DNA from: Octopus sinensis
Taxonomy: Eukaryota
DNA: 64,000 nt
Direction: 5' to 3'
NCBI RefSeq assembly: GCF_006345805.1
Contig: NC_043004.1
Coordinates: forward strand, 101,556,001-101,620,000
Notes under the pieces: model-generated
The model's database searches: none
Seen by the model: only the letters and a program-made list of their open reading frames with translations
What the model was told of the DNA's origin: nothing
Shown: piece after piece, positions 39,479 through 50,952 of the stretch
How positions within the stretch are numbered: the stretch's first letter is position 1
How the letters are laid out: each line of letters opens with the position of its first letter
Position numbers and translations under genes: made by a program

Positions 39479-40030
39479 TCTTTCTCCTTCTCTATTTTCT
39501 TTCTCTCCCCACCCGTTCTTATCCTATCCCGTCTTCGACCCTTAATTTTCTTAGGTTATCATTTTCTCCTACAACTTTCCCCCACAGTCTCACTTCAACT
39601 TCCACTATTTCATTTATAACGAACTCTTACCGTTTACTAATTACCCACTTCACTATCTTCATCACACACAAAAAAAAAAGACTTTACTGTTTAAATTTAA
39701 ATCAACCCTTACTAAATATTTTTTCACTTTATTATATAGTTTATAATTAATAAAAAGAAAAAAGAATGAACATAAATTAATTAATTTTTTCGGGGGTCTT
39801 ATTTTGAATACTATTACTTCCGAATACGAAACTGACGCCGGTTAAATGCATAGGAACCGAAATTAAACACCAATGCGCATCATGGACGTTGGAGGAGAGA
39901 CGAAAGCATGAGACGATGTTTAGAATTCATTATTTAATATAGATTTAGTCATTCGATATTTCTTAAAAGTGTTTTTTTTACACTAACTCTCGGTCTTGTG
40001 TATGATCAGTAAAAAGAAAACGGGTCAAAA

Positions 40031-40090
40031 ATGAGTCAAACAACAGCAGATATGGAACGGAAAGTCAGTAAAATTGTTACTGATATCATG
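40031..40090 (+). CDS. MED23: MED23 exon 1
   Basis: MSQTTADMERKVSKIVTDIM, donor ATG|gtaaga, phase 0, in frame with exon 2. Similarity to the vertebrate N-terminus is weak. Confidence 0.8.
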
Positions 40091-40267
40091 GTAAGAAGCG
40101 AACCTTTGTTGTTGATAGGGAAAATGCAATACTAAAAGTGAATGCACCAAGATGTATGTAAAGGAGTTGGAAATATATACTTTGCGTTGCTTGTCCTTTG
40201 TGTTCTCATTATGTTTAATTTCTCAGTATATATACACTCGTTTATACATACGGTGTTTGCATGTTTT

Positions 40268-40306
<39 letters not shown>

Positions 40307-40364
40307 AATATATAAATACATACATATATATGTATATAAATATAAATACACATATATATATATG

Positions 40365-40466
40365 GAGTCGCTATGTGGTAAGTACTGCGCGGCACCTTGG
40401 CAAGTGTCTTCAACTACAGCCTTATGCCGACCAAAGCCTTGTAAGTGGATTTGGTAAGAAGCCTGT

Positions 40467-40513
<47 letters not shown>

Positions 40514-40706
40514 TTGTGTATCTGTCCCCGCAGTATCGCTTAACCGATGCTGGTGTGTTTATGTCCCCGTAACTTAGCGGTTTGGCAAAACAGACTGATA
40601 GAATAAGTTCTGGGCTTATACAGAATAAGTCCTGGGGTAAATTTGTTCGACTAAAGGCGGTGCTCCAGCATAGCCGCAATCACATGACGGAAACAAATAA
40701 AAGAAT
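40365..40706 (+). mobile_element. Family A SINE with internal deletions, MED23 intron 1
   Basis: Shortened head, microsatellite core, tail. Confidence 0.85.
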
Positions 40707-40721
40707 ATATATAAACATATC

Positions 40722-40960
40722 GTTTAACGTTCGTTTTCCATGGTGGCATAGGTTGGACGGTTTGACTGAGGTCTGGAGAGCCAGCTGTTGCACTAGGCTC
40801 CAAACTGATCTGGAAACATTTCTACAGCTGGATGCCCTTCCTAATGCTAACCACTTCGAGAGTGTAGTGGGTGCTCTTTACATGCCACCGACACAGGAAC
40901 CAGCCAGGGGGCACTGGCATCGACCACGTTTGGATGGTGCTTTTTATATGCCATCAGCAT
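40722..40960 (-). mobile_element. RTE-A 3' end
   Basis: catatcgtttaacgttcg...ggatgcccttcctaatgctaacc. Confidence 0.8.
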
Positions 40961-40968
40961 GGAAGAAA

Positions 40969-41018
<50 letters not shown>

Positions 41019-41044
41019 AGTAATGGTGTCAGGTAATGCTGAAT

Positions 41045-41508
41045 AAGTACTAAGTACTAGTTAAGTTCCAGGTTCAGTGATTATGCGAATAAGGGGTCCA
41101 ACTTAGGTCATATATCAGTGTGTGTATATAAAAATTTTTTTCCGTAATGTGATAACAAACCAAGGCTGTGTAGATTTTGGAACATTTATAAATAGGTCTT
41201 TTAGCTGTTTCTAGGATATTATATCCCTTCATCGGAGATGGTGGGAGAAGATGGTTAAGCAATAGTTAATATTTCGTTTTTGGATTTGGTTTGCAAGATT
41301 CTTTATATGAGTTTGTGTGTTGAAACATATTCTGTAGTGTCTGGGGAGAGTAATTTTCTTGTTGTGCCTTATAATGTAATAAACTCACCGGTAAAATTTT
41401 CACTTATTTTTATTTTCCTAAAATTTTCGTTGCGTCTTGCAGCCTTTTCAATAGTCTTGACTCTGTCCGTTATTTACAATGTGTTAAATATGTGGAAATT
41501 TTACCGGT
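41045..41508 (-). mobile_element. Possible Penelope-like element fragment with a decayed hammerhead
   Basis: Hammerhead-like motif at 41197-41238; no clear ORF similarity. Confidence 0.4.
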
Positions 41509-41514
41509 AAGTGT

Positions 41515-43780
41515 GTTACATAGTGTAAGCTATGGATACATAAGAGGTACAGCAATATCAAAGGGAGGCTAACTAGGAAGATAGTTTTTGTATGTGGCAG
41601 ATGCTCAGGAGCAGTAAACACTAAAAATGCACAGAGATCAACTTCTGCCACATTCCAGGGAGAAAAGCTAGTAGTCATCATCATTGTTCGACCATGATCG
41701 AGACAATGGAATTTACCATGCTACGCCAGACTTCACGGTCCATCATGGCATTACGGAGGTCCTGTTGCTGGATGCCTGTATCCCTGGAGATTACATCAGG
41801 GTAGGAGAGTGTGCGCCCTCAGGTATTGCGAGTAGATGGCTTCCAGAGGAGAAGAGTAGAAATTACCTCTTTTTCAGCTCTACAACAATGTCCAGCAAAC
41901 TGGACTCTCCTACCTTTCACAAGAGATGACACAGGTGGTAGTTTCCCATATATTTGCATTTTGGTTGGATGGCGCTTCCACGAGAGATTTTGAGCTCTCA
42001 TAAGGAGGCGAGTGTAGGTTCCATCCAACCACCTCTCAAGCTTCTTTGATAACGTCCAGGTTTCTGAGCCATATAGTAGAATTGGTTCGACTGTGGCTTT
42101 GAAGATTTCAAGTTTGAAGTCTCTACTTAGATTTGATGACCAGATCTTATGCATGTCATTACAGGCTGACCAGGCCATACCCTTTCTAGTTAGAAAATCT
42201 TTTCCAGATGATGATATGTATAACCCAAGATATTTGTAATCAGAAACCATATTTAAGAGCGCACTGTTGAGAGTATGGATGATGCAATCACTGTTGGACA
42301 GGCACTTGTTTGCATATTCAGTCTTGGCTTCATTGAGGTAAAGACCTACACAATTTGAGGTTTGTTCGAGAGATTGCAAAAGAGACTGGGCATTGGAGAG
42401 AGAATCACTGATAAGAGCGATGTCGTCAGCAAAGTCAGTGTCTGTCAAGTATCAAGCTGGGTGTCTGGAACTTCTTTTTGGTTTTATTTCAAAGCCCTTG
42501 CCAGAGAGAGTATCAACTGACATACGTAGCACATAGTCAACGACAATGATGAAAAGAAATGGGGCGAGTGTGTCTCCCTGCAGTATTCCGGCTTTGATTA
42601 GGTGACCAAGTCAGTTGTGGGGGAGGGTGCGCTGAAAGTGTAGCTGCTAGAATAAGAATAGCCTGGGCAAAGTTCAGAGCTCTCTTACCTCTGCTGGTGA
42701 CAAAGGCCTCTCGCTCAGAGTAAAAGGCAGACTGTATGACATATGTATGAACAGCTATGTTACATGGCAGTAAAACATGGGCCATGACTGCTGAGAACAT
42801 GCGTAAGCTCACAAGGAATGAAGCCAGTATGCTCTGCTGGATGTGTAATGTCAGTGTGCATACTCGACAGAGTGTAAGTACTGTGAGAGAAAAGTTGGAC
42901 CTAAGAAGCATTAGTTGTGGTGTACAAGAGAGACGATTGCGCTGATATGGTCATGTGGCGAGAATGGATGAGGATAGCTGTGTGAAAAAGTGCCACACCC
43001 TAGCGGTTGAAGGAACCTGTGGAGAGGTAGACCTGGGATGAGGTGGTGAAGCATGACCTTCGAACATTAGGCCTCACCGAGGCAATGACTAGTGACCGAA
43101 TCCTTTGGAAATATGCTGTGCGTGAGAAGACCCGGTAAGACAAGTGAGATCATAACCTGTGGCCTTTACCAAGGGTGTAGCCAGCCCACTTATGTGTACC
43201 TTTCCTTCTTTGGACACAAAACTCTGCTTGCGAAGACCTGTTGAGGCAAGTGAAATCGAAATCGAACCAAATTTGACGACTGGCACCCATTCCAAACTTC
43301 CTTCATTGGACACTAAACTCTGCTTGCGAAGACATGTTGGGGCAAGTGAAATTGAAATTGAACCAAATTCAATGATTGGCACCCGTGCCAGTGGAGCGCT
43401 GACAGCTCCATCCAAGCGAAATCACTGCCAGAGCAGCTGACTGGCTTGTAAAAAGCTCCATTTGAGCATGATCGTTAACAGCATCGCCTTACTGGCACTT
43501 GAACGAAACATTCGAGCGAGGTCGTTGCCAGTGCAGGTGGCATGTATAAAACATCATTTCAGTGTGGCTGTTGCCACTACTGCCAGACTGGCCCTCATGT
43601 CGGTGGCACGTAAAAGCACCCAATACACTCTTGGAGTGGTTGGCGTTAGGAAGGGCATCCAGCTGTAGAAACTCTACCTGATCAGATTGGAGCCTGGTGC
43701 AGCCATCTGGTTCCCCAGTCCTCAGTCAAATCATCCAACCCATGCTAGCATGGAAAGCGGATGTTAAATGATGATGATGA
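41515..43780 (+). mobile_element. RTE-A LINE (5'-truncated ORF plus full 3' UTR), interrupted by RTE-B
   Basis: Left piece ...IVFVCGRCSGAVNTKNAQRSTSATFQGEKLVV; right piece LGDQVSCGGG..ARIRIAWAKF..MLHGSKTW..RRLR*YGHV..; 3' UTR ends ggaaagcggatgttaaa(tga)n. Confidence 0.9.
41676..42597 (-). mobile_element. RTE-B LINE 3' part (RT C-terminal half)
   Basis: GILQGDTLAPFLFIIVVDYVLR...TDFADDIALIS...YKYLGLYI...LLYGSETWTL...; (GAT)n tail at 41676-41684. Confidence 0.93.
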
Positions 43781-44735
43781 TATATATATATATAAATTAT
43801 TATTATTGACTTGCACTATGACCCGAACGGATGAAAGGCAAAGTCGACCTCGGCGGAATTTGAACTCAGAACATAGCGGCAGACGAAATACTGCTACGCA
43901 TTTCGCCCGGCGTGCTAACGTTTCTGCCAGCTTGCTGTCTTGAAGGTCCACCACCATTGCTTTTACCACCTGATCACTCCCACCCTCTCTTTTAACGTGT
44001 GAGTTGTCATGTAGCTCCTCAACAACAAGACATTTATTCGGTTCTGGCTCTTTTCTTTCATGCTTTGCTCCTCTCCATTCCTTTCTCCTTGCATAAAATT
44101 GCACCGCCTCTTAGCATTTGTAGTGTTGCAAGCTGCTAGTGGTGCAAAGAAAAGCCCCTAGTACATGCTGTACAGTGATTGGCATTAGGAAGGCAATCCA
44201 GCTGTAGAAGCCATACTTGGAGCATGATGCAATGTCCATGGGCTTATTGGATCTTGACAAACCATTCAACCTGTGCTGGCATGGCACATGGATGTAAAAT
44301 AATGATGGTTTTGATAATGATGAAGATGACGTGTGTGTGTGTGTGTGTGCATATGCCTTATGGTATTCATTTCAGCTCTTTGTATGTGCTTTGATTTCAA
44401 ATCTCATTGAGGTCAGTTTTACCTTTCATTTTTAAGGTGGATCAAATAATGTACTAATCCAGGTTGATATATTGATGGAATTGTTACACTCTGCCAGTCA
44501 AAATGCATTTTATGATTTGTTCTTGCTCTTTGATTTTGAGTTGTAGTCTGATAGATTCAATTTTTACCACATAGTTCAACTAGTACCACATAGTCTCTGG
44601 ATATCTTCCTCTCTCCTGCCAATCTCAGAAGTCCTGATTAAATAAATAATCAATCTTACCTCTCCGATCAAACTGGACATAAATCCTACCAGGAAACTGA
44701 AAACCATAAAGTATGAATGTTTTTCTTTTTTGCAG

Positions 44736-44849
44736 ACGGAAGAGACCATTGATGCTTTTTGCAGCACTATGATCCACACCGATGACTTAAAAAAGATTAA
44801 GAAAGACCATTTTGAAAAATTGAAAAAGATCTGGTGTTCATGCCCTCAA
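44736..44849 (+). CDS. MED23: MED23 exon 2
   Basis: ttttgcag|TEETIDAFCSTMIHTDDLKKIKKDHFEKLKKIWCSCPQ|gtaagt; 114 nt, phase 0-0. Confidence 0.85.
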
Positions 44850-46005
44850 GTAAGTAGTGTTTAGGTTTTTGAGATGATGACCTCTGTTTGCTATATAACT
44901 TTTTGCATTAAAACATGGAGTTACCCCCCCGTTTGGTTTAATTCCATCTTTCACTTGTTAGTCTTTGGACTGCAGTTATTCTGAGGCACTTCTCTGAGAG
45001 ATTTAGTTGAACAAACTGACCCCAGAACATTTATTGTTAAGTCTGGTATTTATTTAGTTGGTTACTTCTGCACCAGTTGTGTGGTAGAAACTCAAAGACA
45101 CACACACACACACATATATATATACAGTGGATGTAAAATGATGATGATAAACTGTACTACACCACTGAGACCCCCTTCGGTCACGACACTGATCATGGGA
45201 TTGCACCTAGAAAGTTACCCTCCCAGGCACAAGTCCGGGCAAGGTTGTTTATGGAAGAGCCACAGTTGCCCATTTCTACAGCTGAGTGAACTGGAGCAAT
45301 GTGAAATAAAGTGTCTTGCTCAAGAACACGACATGCAGCCCGGTCCGGGATTCGAGCTCACAACCACATGATCATAAGCTCGATGCTCTAACCACTGAGC
45401 CATGCGCCTTCTAGCCTTGATTATACTACACCACTGCATTGATTATGAAAGAGATGAGATGATAAAATATTGGACATCCTGCTAATACTTCAGGTTCAAA
45501 TTTCACATAGATGTCAGGAGTAGCGAGAATACTACCTGTGCAATAGACTGATATCCTACCCAGGAGGAGATATAGCTACTCCAAACACTATTAAACCTGA
45601 ATGTAGCCCCAACTATTAACTACCATCTCTCAGCATTAAAAAAAAAGCAAAACCAGCAAACAGGTGTACAAAGTCATTGTGTTACGCTATGAAGGAGCGA
45701 AAGGGCTATCAGTATTTTGAGTAGTTAATACTTTGTTAAGATAGATAGAAAGAAGAAGGGAAATGAAATGAAAGTGTGACTACTGAATAAGAAGTCTTAC
45801 ATAAAGTCATGCACCTCTCCTTGTTCTTATTTACTATACGATAGGGCTACACCATTAAGAATTAATAGTCTAGTCACCATTGTTGTAAATGTGGACCAAA
45901 TCAAACTGGGAAATAGATATGAAATATCAATTTTGCAGTTAGCATGTGAACCAGCTGCAACGATCAGATTTAAGAATTTAAATTAAAATATTTCACAACT
46001 GAAAT

Positions 46006-46402
46006 AGGTGCAGGGTGGCTGTGTGGTAAGTAGCTTGCTAACCAACCACATGGTTCCGGGTTCAGTCCCACTGCGTGGCATCTTGGGCAAGTGTCTTCTG
46101 CTATAGCCCCAGGCCGACCAATGCCTTGTAGACAGAAACTGAAAGAAGCCTGTCGTATATATGTATATATATATATATATGTGTGTGTTTGTGTGTCTGT
46201 GTTTGTCCCCCTAGCATTGCTTGACAACCGATGCTGGTGTGTTTATGTCCCCCGTCACTTAGCGGTTCGGCAAAAGAGACCGATAGAGTAAGTACTGGGC
46301 TTACAAAAAGAATAAGTCCCGGGGTCAAGTTGCTCGATTAAAGGTGGTGCTCCAGCATGGCCACAGTCAAATCACTGAAACAAGTAAAAGAGTAAAAGAG
46401 TA
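46006..46402 (+). mobile_element. Family A SINE ending ~40 nt before MED23 exon 3
   Basis: Full-length copy with (AAAAGAGT)n tail. Confidence 0.9.
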
Positions 46403-46440
46403 ACTAATTCTTATGTATGTTCTTGTTATGTTTACCACAG

Positions 46441-46574
46441 GAAAATCCAGAGGCCAGAGAGAGTTTCTTACGTTACTTTGTTCTATGTATTCACAAGCAG
46501 CATAACAGCAAACGGTCCCAAACTCTTTTTGACCTTTTAGAGATGCTGGTTGAAAATAATGTTGTTCCATCAAG
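46441..46574 (+). CDS. MED23: MED23 exon 3
   Basis: ccacag|ENPEARESFLRYFVLCIHKQHNSKRSQTLFDLLEMLVENNVVPS(R)|gtaatt; 134 nt, phase 0-2. Resembles the FIHGQHSPKRI segment of vertebrate MED23. Confidence 0.9.
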
Positions 46575-46666
46575 GTAATTAATCAGTATTTCATTTGGAT
46601 ATTCTGCATTTAAGGTCAGTTGTGATGAATGGCCCCTTTTGTTTGCAGTGATTTCTTTATATTATA

Positions 46667-47065
46667 CTAGCAGTATCGCCCGGCGTTGCTCGGGTTTGTA
46701 AGGGAAATAACTATATAAGCATTTTTAGAGTTATAGCCAAAAAATAGCAAAAAAAAATGCATTCAAAATGGAAAAAAAATGATGGTAAATTTTTTTTTAA
46801 TCGTTGACTCATCGTAGACATTTTTAGAGAGTTACTTCCCTTATATAATAGCGAAAAAATGCATTAAAAATGGGAAAAAAATGATGGTAAATTTTTTTTT
46901 AAATCGTAGACTCATTGTAGACGCGCACTAATACCCAGAAGGTCTCGATATGAATCACGACTATAAGATACCCGGTTTTGGTTAAACTGCACCACAAAAT
47001 GTGGGAGTAGTTAGGAATCTAAATCGAAGGGGACAGACACACAACCTTACTTTTATATATAAAGA
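46667..47065 (-). mobile_element. Non-autonomous Helitron (family H1), MED23 intron 3
   Basis: Minus TC start, CCCGAGCAACGCCGGG hairpin, CTAG end, A|T target; near-identical to 37495-37880. Confidence 0.9.
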
Positions 47066-47393
47066 TTACCCCCATGTAACCTTAGTGTCTGAAGGGGAAT
47101 TACCAATAATGTGACATATATAAATCCCCAAACTCAGTCAGTTTTAATCCACTGTGCTTATATGTGGCAGGATCCATGCCAATCCGACATTTTATAAATG
47201 TTTGTATTTTTATTTTGATGCATAAATTTTTAAGCTGGGAGAAGTAAATGAAAAAGAAAGGAAACAGAACTAAGACATAGGGGTGGGAGAAACAGTGAGA
47301 CAGAAAGGCCCTTAAATCCTCACACTGCTCAAACAAACTTCATACCATTTTTTTGGCACTGAGAGGGAGAGAAACCCTTTGTTATTGATTTAA

Positions 47394-47614
47394 CCCTTTA
47401 GTGTTTGCATTATTCTGCCAAAATTAATGCTTTTTCATCCACATTGTTTTGAACAAATCATGCATTATCTTGTAGCTATGAGATTTTGATGAGGTAGCTG
47501 TTAATTTTTAAAACAATATTGTAGGGTTGGTGTGAGAGACCAGATCTGGCCAGTTTGAACATCGAACAGGCAGAATACTTTTGGCCGGATATGGCCGGTT
47601 TAAATGCTAAAAGG
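47394..47614. mobile_element. TTAA-type (piggyBac-like) MITE
   Basis: TTAA|CCCTTTAG ... CTAAAAGG|TTAA (TTAA at 47390-47393 and 47615-47618). Confidence 0.8.
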
Positions 47615-47750
47615 TTAACAGTTCTTTGTATACCATCCAATGTTAATAATGATAATAGAAATATATTTTCTCTTTGTTTTTGCGTACATTTTATAATTCC
47701 TGTTTTCTTTTATATATATATATATATGTATATCTGTATCTCACATGTAG

Positions 47751-47862
47751 ACCAATCTGTGAAGCATTATTAACCAGTGAGAACTTACATTATAAGCAAA
47801 AAGATCAGTGGATTCAAACTTTTGCCCTTATCAGGAAAATCATTGGCGGAGTCGACTATAAG
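47751..47862 (+). CDS. MED23: MED23 exon 4
   Basis: atgtag|(R)PICEALLTSENLHYKQKDQWIQTFALIRKIIGGVDYK|gtacag; contains the MED23 hallmark RKIIGGVDYK; 112 nt, phase 2-0. Confidence 0.95.
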
Positions 47863-48319
47863 GTACAGTAGGACTACTAATTATTGAATCCCTTTTATAA
47901 AATTTGTTTCATCGGTTAGTGTTATATAGCCTCAAGTTAGCTCTCATTCAGAAGATCATCCATCTGTCAACATCCCATCTTTTTCAAATAGAGTATATCT
48001 AATACTATCTCATCTAATATGTTCTTCTTTCTTAAGTTATGATTTGAGAGAGATATTGCTGCTGTTTCTAGCAGATTGAACAGCTGTCTAAAGGCTCCTT
48101 TATTGGCTCATTTGGGCAGAGAAATTTTACTTAGATGCTTCTGCTGAATTTATCTCTCTCTCTCTCTCTTTGTGGCCTTGTTAAGTCTCCATTTTTACTT
48201 CCACCTTTTCACTTCCTCTTCTCTTCTCTAATACTCTTTCTACTTCTCTTCATGTAATCCCACCTTTCTTTCTCTACCTATCTCTCCTTTCTGCAACATT
48301 ACATCAATTATATTTTACA

Positions 48320-48540
48320 GAGGCGGTGAGCTGGCAGAAACGTTAGCGTGCCGGGCGAAATGCGTAGCTGTATTTCGTCTGCCGTTACCTTCTGGGTTCA
48401 AATTCCCCCGAGGTCGACTTTGTCTTTCATCCTTTCGGGGTCGATAAATTAAGTACCAGTCACGCACTGGGGTCGATGTAATCGACTCAACCCGTTTGTC
48501 TGTCCTCTCTATGTTTAGCCCCTTGTGGGTAGTAAAGAAA
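48320..48540 (+). mobile_element. SINE family B
   Basis: gaggcggtgagctggcagaaacgttagc...gtcgactttgtctttcatcctttcggggtcgataaattaagtacc...gggtagtaaagaaa. Confidence 0.88.
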
Positions 48541-48628
48541 TTTATATTTTACAGAGTTTCACCAGATTTTGTTTACTGTAATTACTGTGATTGATGTACT
48601 CCCTCTGTCACTGCTTCTTTATATTTAG

Positions 48629-48727
48629 GGCTGTCGTGATTTACTCAGAGTGATTCTGGAAAAGTGCCAGACTATACCAGCATGTGAAAATGTATCTTGT
48701 GGAGGACAAGTTGATTGTGCTGTTGAG
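48629..48727 (+). CDS. MED23: MED23 exon 5
   Basis: atttag|GCRDLLRVILEKCQTIPACENVSCGGQVDCAVE|gtttgt; 99 nt, phase 0-0. Confidence 0.93.
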
Positions 48728-49275
48728 GTTTGTACAGCCCCTCTTTTTATATATTGTTTTTGATCTTATGGAATGTGGCTATGTTAGGGCATCACCAACA
48801 AAAATAGATGTTGTGAAAAATGGGATATTTTGATCATTACCCCTGTTTGTAATCTTCAAACTTTCCAAAGCTCCAAAACACAATGTGACCGATAATGAGA
48901 AAGACATGTATATCAAAGCATAGCAGCCTGTATAAATACAGCTAAGAGTTTCACAAGTATTAGTTCAAACCTGATGAAAGTATGTAATTCTGAAATCTAA
49001 TTTCTGTGTGTCAGTGTGTCACATTTTGACCCCCTCTCTCACTCTTCAGTGACACTTCCTCATGCTGGGGTGTAATAGTAGGCATAGAGATGGTGAGGGC
49101 GGTGGCGAAGACAGAGAGAGAGAGGGAGAGAGAAAGAAACAAACAGAGAGGAAGAGATTTAGGAAGAGCTGATGTTTTATTAAAAGTAGTAGTGTTGTTG
49201 GTGGCAATGGGAGTAATAATGAGAGAGAGAGTGGGTATGTGAGAAAAAGGGAGATTTCCTTAATATATATATATG

Positions 49276-49326
<51 letters not shown>

Positions 49327-49354
49327 AGTGAATGTGTACATATATACACACACA

Positions 49355-50180
49355 TCTTACATATTAAAACTGAAAATGTCTGTGTGTGTATCGGTATGTC
49401 CTCGTTTTGCGCCAAAACGGCTTGACCAATTTTTTTAAACATCGCATGCATATTGCTTATGTGTCTGGGGAGGTTTTAAGAATATATTGATTTCGAAAAA
49501 ATGTTCGGGTAAACAACGGGAGGAATAATATTTGGGTGTGAATGAACAGTGGAAATAATTATTGTTAAGCTTCCAAGGGAAATAACCCATTCATTTTCAG
49601 TATGCTTATTACTTATTATTTGAACTATTTTAGTTATTTTTTCAATTTATTCAATACATTGCTTAAACAAGTAAATATTATTCTCCTAAACAATAGATCC
49701 ACTTATTTCAGTTAGTGACTTATTCACGAATATACCAACACTAGCGCTGCTGAGGGTAATATTCTCTGGGAATGCACAAAAGCTTTTTTTCAGAGTTAAT
49801 TACTTTGAATTGTTATCTCATATCTGATTAGCCTGTTATTACGTAACATGTTTCACGATTTTAGTATACATACCTTATTAGTATTTCCTCCTAAAATCTA
49901 TATACTCTGGGAACGTATTAAAGCCTTTTTCGGGGCTACTTTATTTGAATTCTTACTATAGGGTAATTAATTTCATGTTATTACACAACTGACTTCACAA
50001 TTTGGGTATTCATAACTTATTGGGAATTCCTAAAAGCAAGATCCTTTGTTAAGACAGTTCTGTATTTTCAATAAATACACAAAAACCGTTTTAAGGGCTA
50101 CATTCTTTGTATTGTTATTAGAAAATGGAACCAAGAGATAAGCCCGCTTTCCCAGGAATTACTGGGTATGTCAGCCACTA
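49355..50180 (+). mobile_element. Non-autonomous Helitron (family H2)
   Basis: A|TCTTACATATTAAAACTG start; 3' hairpin CCCAG-gaatta-CTGGG; terminal CTAG degenerate. Confidence 0.7.
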
Positions 50181-50190
50181 TATATATAAA

Positions 50191-50478
50191 TCTACTACTA
50201 ATATAGGATAAAATTTTTTTTTTTCAGAAAAAAATTTCATCAAAAGTGGCAGCATATTAAAATACCTTTAAAGGTTAAAATTATAAACAACTTATGAATA
50301 AGGGCAAAAGAAAAATTATTTCCATGCCAATATGCTGATAACAGACTTTAAATTGTCAATTTCCACATTTCATTATACATTCATTATAAATACACGTGCT
50401 GAAATTGAGGAAAGCTAGCCAACAAAATTTTAAAAAAAGTTTGTTGTTTCTATATTGAATCAATTTCGGGATTAATCC
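50191..50478 (+). mobile_element. Probable Helitron 5' fragment (family H3)
   Basis: A|TCTACTACTAATATAGG start typical of Helitron 5' ends; no 3' hairpin seen. Confidence 0.5.
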
Positions 50479-50815
50479 TATATATATATATAATATATAT
50501 ATATATAATATATATATATGTATATATATCTGTGTGTGTGTAAGTCTGGTGTTGGTTTGTTTATATCCCCATAATTTAGCAGTTTGGCAAAAGAAACTGA
50601 AAGAATAAGTACCAAGCTTTAAAAAAAGTAAGTACTGGGGTCAGTTTGTTTGACTAAAAAATTCTTCAAGTTGGTGCTCCAGCATGGCTGCAATCTAATG
50701 ACTGAAACAAGTAAAAAGATTTTAAAATGATGTATGTATGTAAGGGTGTCGGTATAGCTCTGTAAGGAGTCTAATGTTTCTCTTAGTAAACTGTTGTGTT
50801 ATTTTCACATTTCAG

Positions 50816-50920
50816 GTTGTGTCAGCCATCATTGACCGAAATTCATGTTTGCTTCCCAGTTATCTTGCTATCTTTGAAATATCAAAGCTTTGTGCAGATG
50901 ATAAGAAATGGCCACACTGG
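50816..50920 (+). CDS. MED23: MED23 exon 6
   Basis: tttcag|VVSAIIDRNSCLLPSYLAIFEISKLCADDKKWPHW|gtaatt; matches ERNACLLPAYF...LPHW; 105 nt. Confidence 0.95.
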
Positions 50921-50952
50921 GTAATTATCCTGTTCATTATTTAATTAGTGGT

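Larger units (their letters stand above)
38341..40030. promoter_or_regulatory. Divergent (head-to-head) promoter region and MED23 5' leader
   Basis: Lies between the minus-strand putative exon 1 and the MED23 ATG. NRF1-like CGCATGCGCA at 38346-38355, ATGCGCAT near 39873, CpG retained, no recognisable SINE inside. Confidence 0.6.

Noticed and set aside
48965-49005. CTGATGA...GAAA
   Set aside because: Stems I and II do not pair.
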